Shown one piece after another: positions 57,294 to 64,000 of a stretch of 64,000 bases of DNA. Source of the stretch: a virus (taxonomy: Duplodnaviria > Caudoviricetes). Positions within the stretch are counted from its first letter, which is position 1, and every line of letters starts with the position of its first letter. The position numbers were made by a program, and so were the translations under genes. The stretch spans positions 64,001-128,000 of IMG/VR virus record IMGVR_UViG_3300032234_000392; one strand, given 5' to 3'. The notes beneath the pieces are model-generated. The model was not told where the DNA came from and did no database searches. It saw nothing but the letters and a program-made list of their open reading frames with translations.

Positions 57294-58135
57294 TATACCT
57301 CAAATGTAAAGTTAAAATCAAATTGATCGTTTTCGCCAGGGTAGCCATGCGGATTACACATCACTCGAGTATCGCCAATTGTATAATCAAAGTTGTTGTG
57401 CATATGGCCGTGGGTCCAAGCTCGTATCTGTGGTCGATCGAGTATGAACTCGCTTAGGTCTGACGAGTATCCACCATTCATTAGAGTGGCATCTTTGTAG
57501 ATTTCATGTATGCTCAAATGACTTGGTGCGTGATGACTGCATACTACAATCTTGGCATCCTTAGGCAAATTTTCAATCACGGTTTTAAAGTAATCACGTG
57601 TCTTGGTAAACTCTATAACTGTACGCATTGGTAGAAATTTCTTAAAATTTTCACCGGCAATCCGAATCACCCGAAAGTCTGTCATACAGTGTTCAAGGTG
57701 ATACTGAGTCATTGGATCACCCTTATTACAGTCTGTCCACATAGTACCGCCGATAAAGTGAACACCGTCAAGTTCCACGGTATCTCGATCTAGGAGATGT
57801 ATGTTATGAATGTTTAGGTATCCAAGAGTTTCGCGAATAATACCAGCACTCTTATCAAACTTACCATGATAGTGTTCATGGTTGCCCATAACGTAGATCA
57901 CGTGTTTGAACTGAAAACTTACTCTTTGAAAAAAGTCTCTATAACGCATAGCACGTTTAGCACGGCCGTAGCCATTGTCTGGAAGATCGCCCCAAGCAAG
58001 ATTTACAGGCTGATTACGCAAATCGTCTGCCACAAGAATATCGCCAGACAATATAAGAACGTCTGCACCTGTGTCGTTTTTGATGTTGACATCTGCAAAC
58101 TCTAGATGCAGATCAGACGCTAATTGGATTTTCAT
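57293..58135 (-). CDS. metallophosphoesterase
   Basis: ASDLHLE, SGDI, GNHEHY, HHAP, HGHMH, NPHGY; promoter TTGACA-17-TATAAT at 58162-58190. Confidence 0.9.
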   Translation of the reverse strand: MKIQLASDLHLEFADVNIKNDTGADVLILSGDILVADDLRNQPVNLAWGDLPDNGYGRAKRAMRYRDFFQRVSFQFKHVIYVMGNHEHYHGKFDKSAGIIRETLGYLNIHNIHLLDRDTVELDGVHFIGGTMWTDCNKGDPMTQYHLEHCMTDFRVIRIAGENFKKFLPMRTVIEFTKTRDYFKTVIENLPKDAKIVVCSHHAPSHLSIHEIYKDATLMNGGYSSDLSEFILDRPQIRAWTHGHMHNNFDYTIGDTRVMCNPHGYPGENDQFDFNFTFEV

Positions 58136-58195
58136 AAGACAGCTTTTAATAATATGTATATATTATAGCATCGTTTGCTGAGAATGTCAACTGGA

Positions 58196-58203
58196 TATAA
58201 ATA
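58196..58203 (+). promoter_or_regulatory. T4-type late promoter
   Basis: Exact TATAAATA ending 24 nt upstream of 58228. Confidence 0.6.
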
Positions 58204-58227
58204 CACATATAATAGGAGCGGAGCGAA

Positions 58228-58509
58228 ATGGGCGAAATTTTCAAATTAATCGGCGAAGTAGGCTTTCCGATGGCTGCAGCATTGTGCGGTGGCTACTTTG
58301 TATATCTAACACTTAAATTGGTTTTGGGCTCTGTAATGAGTGCTGTGAAATCAATGGCTGGTATTATTACCATGTTAGATAACCGTGTCAAAACCATGAA
58401 CCACGATGTTATACGTATTGATGCTATTGTCAGCAACGCACTAGGACTAAAACCCGATGTAGATCGTATTGCTCGTGCAGATGGCAAGAACGATGCAAGA
58501 AGGGATTAA
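58228..58509 (+). CDS. small membrane protein (YvrJ/holin-like GFP motif)
   Basis: LIGEVGFPMAAAL..GYFVY, then coiled coil LDNRVKTMNHD. Confidence 0.7.
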   Translation: MGEIFKLIGEVGFPMAAALCGGYFVYLTLKLVLGSVMSAVKSMAGIITMLDNRVKTMNHDVIRIDAIVSNALGLKPDVDRIARADGKNDARRD

Positions 58510-58511
58510 AA

Positions 58512-58703
58512 ATGTTATACTATGACTATACCTGGGATTTGAGTTCAAGGGGTATAATTTTAGATGCAGAACTTAACACTGATAAACTAGGGTGGAGAGG
58601 TGGAGACTATTTTAAGTTCATCAATGTCAACGGTCAACAAATGTTGGTCAAAATAGACCCATTGGAAAAATTTATCATAGACGGAGCAGCTAAAAATGAG
58701 TAA
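58512..58703 (+). CDS. hypothetical protein
   Basis: Coupled ORF. Confidence 0.55.
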   Translation: MLYYDYTWDLSSRGIILDAELNTDKLGWRGGDYFKFINVNGQQMLVKIDPLEKFIIDGAAKNE

Positions 58704-58866
58704 ATGGAAGCCAGGCAAGTTGCCTAACAGCATTAGCGAGTACGGATTCAATCATCAAATTTGGTCAGATAAAGATCTAGCATTGATGGTTAGTATTGCA
58801 CTTGCGGTTGGATTCTTTTTTGGATATATTTGTAGTTAAGCAGTAATACATTGTGGGAGCGAAAAA

Positions 58867-59070
58867 ATGTATGTAGATGGATACATGTTGTTTGCAATTT
58901 ATTTTATTGCGGTGTTAGCATTAGCTGTTAGTGCGTATGCCCTTTGGTCTTTGGAAGAAATTAGACAGTATTATGCAAGAAAAAACAGTAAAAAAAATCC
59001 CAATGCTTGGGAACAGTATAACAGTAAACCACCAGTAATACCGACTCGCGGTAAAGGACACTGGGACTAA
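58867..59070 (+). CDS. small single-TM protein
   Basis: Hydrophobic N-terminus; GGAG SD. Confidence 0.55.
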   Translation: MYVDGYMLFAIYFIAVLALAVSAYALWSLEEIRQYYARKNSKKNPNAWEQYNSKPPVIPTRGKGHWD

Positions 59071-59080
59071 GGAGAAAGAT

Positions 59081-59380
59081 ATGGACGTAGTATCAATGAT
59101 TAACAAATATGGCTTTCCAATTGTATCAGCAGTTGGTATGGGCTATATGATTTATTATGTATGGACTTGGGCCACAAAAGAAATTAAACCTGTGCTTAAC
59201 GATGCTAACACAGTTCTTATCGCTCTTATCGATCGTATTCGTATGCTAGATAACGATCTAATTCGATTAACACAAAAGGTCAATGTTGTTCTTCACTTAC
59301 GTGGCAAGACCATTGAGCGTGAGCGTGTTCATGCCGAGGAACAGATCAACGAACTCAAAGAAGAAACTAAGAAAAAATAA
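59081..59380 (+). CDS. small membrane protein (paralog of 58228-58509)
   Basis: INKYGFPIVSAVGMGYMIY...LIDRIRMLDND; AAGGAG SD. Confidence 0.7.
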   Translation: MDVVSMINKYGFPIVSAVGMGYMIYYVWTWATKEIKPVLNDANTVLIALIDRIRMLDNDLIRLTQKVNVVLHLRGKTIERERVHAEEQINELKEETKKK

Positions 59381-59540
59381 TTACTTAGTAGGACACATTG
59401 TAAACGGTTTAATACCGTTTAGACTAAAGTGGGAGATGAATTTGTCCATTTCATCTCCTTTACTTATGAGTGTCATTGGCATGTAGTACCACTGTAAAAA
59501 CATCCAGACATAATAGTCCATAATGTTTTCAAAAACGATA

Positions 59541-61583
59541 TTATTTTTCATGAGCTACGAATTCTCCATTCCAGTTATCTGGTAAATCTTGCTGTTTCAT
59601 AAACTCGCAGCGTTCAATCCAAATTTTGTAATACTTGTCCATTTGTCCACCAAATGTGCCTTTCATCTTAGCGCACACAGCAGCAGCTTCATCAAACTTC
59701 TTGGCTTTGTATAGGGCATGCATCTTTAGGTGTTGTTCTCGATCTTTACTATAATCTTCACCACGTGTTCGTATTACAGTATAAATTAAATCTGCCACAG
59801 TCTTGCCCTTAGGCTGTAAGTTATCTAACAACAAGTAGAAGAAATCATCCTTAGTACGGTTGTATGTTTCAGCACCGATAATGGCTAGTACGCCATAGGC
59901 CTTACAACGTGCTTCTAAACGTGCCGCAGTACTAACCATGTCACCTAAGATGTCATAGCTGTGTCTATCAGTGCTTCCCATTTCACCAATAAAACCGATA
60001 CCAGTGTTGCAACCCCAACCCATAGCCGCAGGTGGTAATCCTTGTGCTTCCATTAGTTTAGTATATTCATCTACAGCATCTAGCATTTCTAAACCGACTT
60101 GAACAATAGTGCGAGCGTGATTAGGATCATCAATAGGAGCACCGTGTATGTGCATACTTGCATCGCCCACGTACTTAATAACCATACCGTTGTTGTCCAT
60201 GATAGGCTTTGAGATAGCATCCATATAGCCGTTCATGTACTTGCCTAGTCCGGCAACGTCATCTCCATAGTGTTCACCGATAGGAGTAAAGCCACGTAGG
60301 TCACTGAACATTACACTAACGTCTTTGCGTACACCACGCTTGATTAGGTCTGGATCTTTCTGTAGCATCTCTACTACTTCTTTAGAACAATATCCAGCAA
60401 ACTGTTTCTTGATTGCTTGTTTTTGTAAGAACTCACTTACAAACTTAACGCCATAAGCATGAAGCATGACCAGAACAAGGCCGACCACAAGAGCAGTTGA
60501 GTCAAAGAGCCAACTAAACTGTGAGTAAGCATACGAGCCAGCGAATACACTAGACCCAATAATAACAACACCTGAAATAATGCCAACATAGGTCCACCTT
60601 GTTAAAAATAATAGTAAGATGCCTGCAACTAAGAGTGCGGCAATTTCTGCATAGTCAGCATACCATGGTCGCTCAATGTTGACATTGTTAAACATTGTGC
60701 CTAGAACTGCTGCCTGCACTTCATGAGGGAATACTGCACCTTTAGCTGTTGGTACAGGATTGCTAATACCAGCGGCAGTAGGTCCTACAATAACTACTGC
60801 ACCTTCAAGTTTTTTTGGAAGATCTATCATAGACATAGATATAGATTGTTGACTCCAATCAATCCACACTCTGCCTAGACTGTCTGTGGTAATTGGACCA
60901 AATGCAGGAATACGCATTTTGTCAACGCCAAGTTCATTCAGTTTAATCTGTGTAGTTGAATCTCCTGCTGCAAGTCTAAGAGCTTCCATAGCCAGACTTG
61001 GATACACAGTTCCATCTGCAGCTACTACTAGAGGCATACGACGGACAACACCGTCAACTTCTGGCATGGTATTAACAATGCCTACGCCCGCAGCACGATT
61101 TTCTAACAAAGGCACGTTGGAAATAACTCCGCCGTAGTTGACAATTTGATCTGAGAATTCAGACTGTATTACTGCCGTGCTAGGTTTACGTGGTGAGTTT
61201 TTATTCTTATCAAAAGGTTGACTAGGCAATACTACAGGAAACTCGTTCATAGTCGCTGCTAGAGCACCATCGCCGCCTGTGCGATCTGTTTCAGCCATAA
61301 ACACGTTAAGCACTACTAGTCCAGCACCACGTTTGTATAGATTTTCTACAAGATCAGCATAGACATTTCTAGGCAATGGCCACTGACCATATTTGTCTAG
61401 ACTGGCTTCATCTATGTTAAGTGTAATGATGTTGTTTTCTTGGGCTGCTTTGCTGGTAATAAGTGTGTCAAAATATCGCAATCTTACACTTTCTACAAAG
61501 CTAGGATCGGCAATTCTTATACCTGTTATAAGTGCCAATGTAATTAGGGCAGTCCACGGACTGAGTAATATTTTCTTTAGCAT
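59541..61583 (-). CDS. CHASE2-domain membrane class III adenylate cyclase
   Basis: IDEASL..YGQWP.PR, DGVVRR, TM helices, FSDLRGFT, KYVGDA, YDILGDMVSTAARLE. Confidence 0.9.
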   Translation of the reverse strand: MLKKILLSPWTALITLALITGIRIADPSFVESVRLRYFDTLITSKAAQENNIITLNIDEASLDKYGQWPLPRNVYADLVENLYKRGAGLVVLNVFMAETDRTGGDGALAATMNEFPVVLPSQPFDKNKNSPRKPSTAVIQSEFSDQIVNYGGVISNVPLLENRAAGVGIVNTMPEVDGVVRRMPLVVAADGTVYPSLAMEALRLAAGDSTTQIKLNELGVDKMRIPAFGPITTDSLGRVWIDWSQQSISMSMIDLPKKLEGAVVIVGPTAAGISNPVPTAKGAVFPHEVQAAVLGTMFNNVNIERPWYADYAEIAALLVAGILLLFLTRWTYVGIISGVVIIGSSVFAGSYAYSQFSWLFDSTALVVGLVLVMLHAYGVKFVSEFLQKQAIKKQFAGYCSKEVVEMLQKDPDLIKRGVRKDVSVMFSDLRGFTPIGEHYGDDVAGLGKYMNGYMDAISKPIMDNNGMVIKYVGDASMHIHGAPIDDPNHARTIVQVGLEMLDAVDEYTKLMEAQGLPPAAMGWGCNTGIGFIGEMGSTDRHSYDILGDMVSTAARLEARCKAYGVLAIIGAETYNRTKDDFFYLLLDNLQPKGKTVADLIYTVIRTRGEDYSKDREQHLKMHALYKAKKFDEAAAVCAKMKGTFGGQMDKYYKIWIERCEFMKQQDLPDNWNGEFVAHEK

Positions 61584-61597
61584 AAAGTATTTACCGT

Positions 61598-61621
61598 AAA
61601 AAAGCCCGCCGAAGCGGGCTT
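61598..61621 (-). terminator. intrinsic terminator with UUCG loop
   Basis: AAGCCCGC-TTCG-GCGGGCTTTTTT. Confidence 0.88.
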
Positions 61622-61640
61622 ATACTAGTACTAAGTTTTG

Positions 61641-64000
61641 TTAAAAACCAACTGTATAGTTTACGCCAACTGATGATATATTACCAAGCTGGTTTTGTTG
61701 TACTCCTACATTAGCACCAATACGTTGATTTTTAGTAACAGCGTACGATACACCTGTTCCTACACTTGCTGAAGTTTTCTTGTTAATCATCAATGGTGCT
61801 GAATAATTACCCATGTCGCTGGTAGAATTTAAAGAACCTGCTGATGAATCAACTTGTTGTATAACTCCTAAACTTAGTGTTCCTGTTATTTTGTCAGTAA
61901 GTTTTTTAGTTAAATTTGCACCTGCTAATAGATCAGTTGATGTTTGTGTAGTCGAAGAATATGTTAAAGGAAACAATTCATTTTGCTCAGTGTATCCGTT
62001 GACCGTAAATGATGACTTTCGAACTCCAATATAAGGAGCAACACTAGTTGTACCATTTATTGGCAAAGTATATGATGTTTTAATCTGTGCTGCTTCACCT
62101 TTGACTCCTGTGTTGTCGCCACTGATATCATAATTTCCTCTACCTTGAATTGCAGATGCTGTGATGCCTAAGCCAGTGCCATCGGAATTTTTATTCCATC
62201 CGACAAATCCACCAACTGCTGGATTGCCACTTTCGTATTTGACAGCGCCAACAGATGTTTGATTTAATTGTTGACCTAAGAATAATCCAGCTCTCCAATT
62301 AGTATCAATACGTTTAGCTACAGTAACACCTGCAGTCTGTAGGTCACCTGTGCCTGCTTTGCTTTGTCCGTAGTTAACTCCAATACATCCGCCCTTCTCA
62401 CCAAACAATGTGCAATCACTACCTAGACTATTAATCATCGATCCAGTAGCTAAAGAATTCATGCTAGATAAATTGTTAGCTAGATTGTTAACATTAGCCT
62501 GTACAATTGTGCCATCAGGCATTACCCAAATTTGAACACCAGTCGGTGTATAACGTAATACTCCTACACCGTTATAACTGCTAAATGTTCCAGACACACC
62601 GTTGCCTGTTAGAACATTATATTTTCCTGTAGTATACGGATTTCCAACCATTGTTAATGTACCATCAATTGTAGCAGGACCTGTTGATGTAATTACATTG
62701 CCGTATGGTAATGTTGTCGCCCCTGTACCGGTTTGTGTATATGATCCTACGGTTATTGAATTTGTAGCAAACGTACCAGAGTTAGTTAAACTACCGATTG
62801 TTCCTGTGTTTGTAAATGTACCAGTATTGTTAACTGTACCAACAGTGCCGTCGTTAACAAATGTTCCATTGTTTGTACCGTTAGCCATTGTGCCTACGTT
62901 GTTAACAGTACTGTTGTTTAACCAATCATTAGTAGTACCAACGTTGTTCAGTATACCATTGTTTGTATATAGACCGCTCACAACTCCAGTACTGTAGTTG
63001 TTAAATGTGCTGGTAGTATTTACTGCTCCTAACACTGTTCCGTGGTTTTGAAAAGTACCGTGTGCTTCTTCATTGTTGATGCTACCAATAGTGCCGTTGT
63101 TGTTTACAATACCGCCATTGTAGGTAACACTAGTAATTGTGCCGTTGTTGTTAATAATGTGATTGTTATAGGCCAATTGGCTAACTGTACCGCCAGCATT
63201 GTTATTAAACGTACCCATGTTACTTAGAGCACCGGTGTTGCCTGCGTTGTTAAATGTTCCAACGTTAGATACTGTACCAACAGTTGCACCTGTGCTGTTA
63301 TTAAATGTACCATAGTTAGTACCATTGCCCATTATACCAGCATTGTTTAGAACTGCGGTATTACCGTCGCCGTTAAAGCCGTTGATCCAATTACCTGTTC
63401 TGCCTGTTGCTGAATTGGTAAGTGTACCTAAGTTTGTTAATTGATTTGATGAGCTGATGTTGCTGTTGTTGATAACTGTAGCACCATTATTAATAGTTGT
63501 AGGACCTGTGTAGGTATATGTACCGTTTAATGATGTGCTACCGCCCGAACCAGTGTTAGCAAACGTCCAACCACCTGCTCCGCTCACTGAACCAGTTAGG
63601 CTTAGTGTTTGACCGTTGTTGTCAACTGTCATACCTAGGGCATTCAACACCATATTGTTGCTAATTTCTGTTGTCCCTGTGGCAGCCTGTAGTGTACCAC
63701 CGTTGCCAGTGAATGTTCCTGCAGCCATTGTATCACTAACCACAACTTGATTAGTGTTAGTTGCGCTGAATGTAGTTGGTGCCGGGGGAGGTGGAGGAGT
63801 TGAGTTGCCGCCGCCTGCTGCGCCAACACCGTTGTCACTAATAGTACCACCTACAGTTCCAGCAACAATACCACGAATTATCTGTTCTAAGAAATCTTCG
63901 TTGTTGGCATCATAGCTCCAACCTTGGGTCCAGTTAATATCAGCAACAACAATAACAGTACCGTTGTAATCAACTCCTAGATCGCCTGCATTACCAATCC
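61641..64000 (-). CDS. autotransporter/adhesin-like protein (5' end beyond window)
   Basis: Frame stays open upstream of 63743 (…GNSTPPPPPAPTTF…) to window end; N-x-G-T beta-helix repeats; C-terminal beta-barrel-like region ending VNYTVGF. Confidence 0.75.
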   Translation of the reverse strand, partial: IGNAGDLGVDYNGTVIVVADINWTQGWSYDANNEDFLEQIIRGIVAGTVGGTISDNGVGAAGGGNSTPPPPPAPTTFSATNTNQVVVSDTMAAGTFTGNGGTLQAATGTTEISNNMVLNALGMTVDNNGQTLSLTGSVSGAGGWTFANTGSGGSTSLNGTYTYTGPTTINNGATVINNSNISSSNQLTNLGTLTNSATGRTGNWINGFNGDGNTAVLNNAGIMGNGTNYGTFNNSTGATVGTVSNVGTFNNAGNTGALSNMGTFNNNAGGTVSQLAYNNHIINNNGTITSVTYNGGIVNNNGTIGSINNEEAHGTFQNHGTVLGAVNTTSTFNNYSTGVVSGLYTNNGILNNVGTTNDWLNNSTVNNVGTMANGTNNGTFVNDGTVGTVNNTGTFTNTGTIGSLTNSGTFATNSITVGSYTQTGTGATTLPYGNVITSTGPATIDGTLTMVGNPYTTGKYNVLTGNGVSGTFSSYNGVGVLRYTPTGVQIWVMPDGTIVQANVNNLANNLSSMNSLATGSMINSLGSDCTLFGEKGGCIGVNYGQSKAGTGDLQTAGVTVAKRIDTNWRAGLFLGQQLNQTSVGAVKYESGNPAVGGFVGWNKNSDGTGLGITASAIQGRGNYDISGDNTGVKGEAAQIKTSYTLPINGTTSVAPYIGVRKSSFTVNGYTEQNELFPLTYSSTTQTSTDLLAGANLTKKLTDKITGTLSLGVIQQVDSSAGSLNSTSDMGNYSAPLMINKKTSASVGTGVSYAVTKNQRIGANVGVQQNQLGNISSVGVNYTVGF

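Noticed and set aside
62700-63500. Repetitive DNA resembling a CRISPR or tandem array
   Set aside because: Degenerate protein-level N-x-G-T beta-helix repeats, with no constant repeat and unique spacers; the same applies to GNVTGN at about 45840-45960
1-64000. Bacterial chromosome, prophage or mobile-element origin
   Set aside because: No integrase or transposase seen; isolated groES, rpoZ and clpP without their operons, dense small hypothetical genes and late-promoter motifs fit a large lytic phage

Overview
This 64 kb window looks like part of a large tailed-phage genome (T4-like myovirus or jumbo type, probably infecting a proteobacterium). It is densely coding, with many small hypothetical genes, C(UUCG)G terminators, consensus sigma70 promoters and TAAATA late-promoter-like motifs. 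Five zones are visible. (1) 1-12 kb, minus strand: uvsE, a GT-A glycosyltransferase, kdsA, queD with a preQ1-I-like leader, two paralogous fibre-like proteins, thyX, an Hc1-like protein and an aberrant tRNA-like RNA. (2) 12.1-45.2 kb: a 33 kb island of tailoring enzymes (7 radical SAM, about 11 Fe/2OG-type oxygenases, 2 amidinotransferases, 3 PLP enzymes, SDRs, kinase-like and sugar-nucleotide enzymes), ending at a tail-fibre-like gene. (3) 46.4-51.9 kb: 19 tRNA genes, several structurally unusual, mixed with rpoZ, a SutA-like ORF and three candidate structured ncRNAs. At its head is an unannotated 47-codon leader peptide whose stop codon lies in an antiterminator hairpin competing with a terminator. 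This apparent translation-sensing attenuator is the top finding. (4) 52-58 kb: clpP, groES, a phosphoesterase and a tandem family of small paralogs. (5) 58-64 kb: small membrane proteins, a CHASE2 class III cyclase and an autotransporter-like protein running off the window end. All calls come from reading motifs and base-pairing by eye; no searches or folding programs were run.
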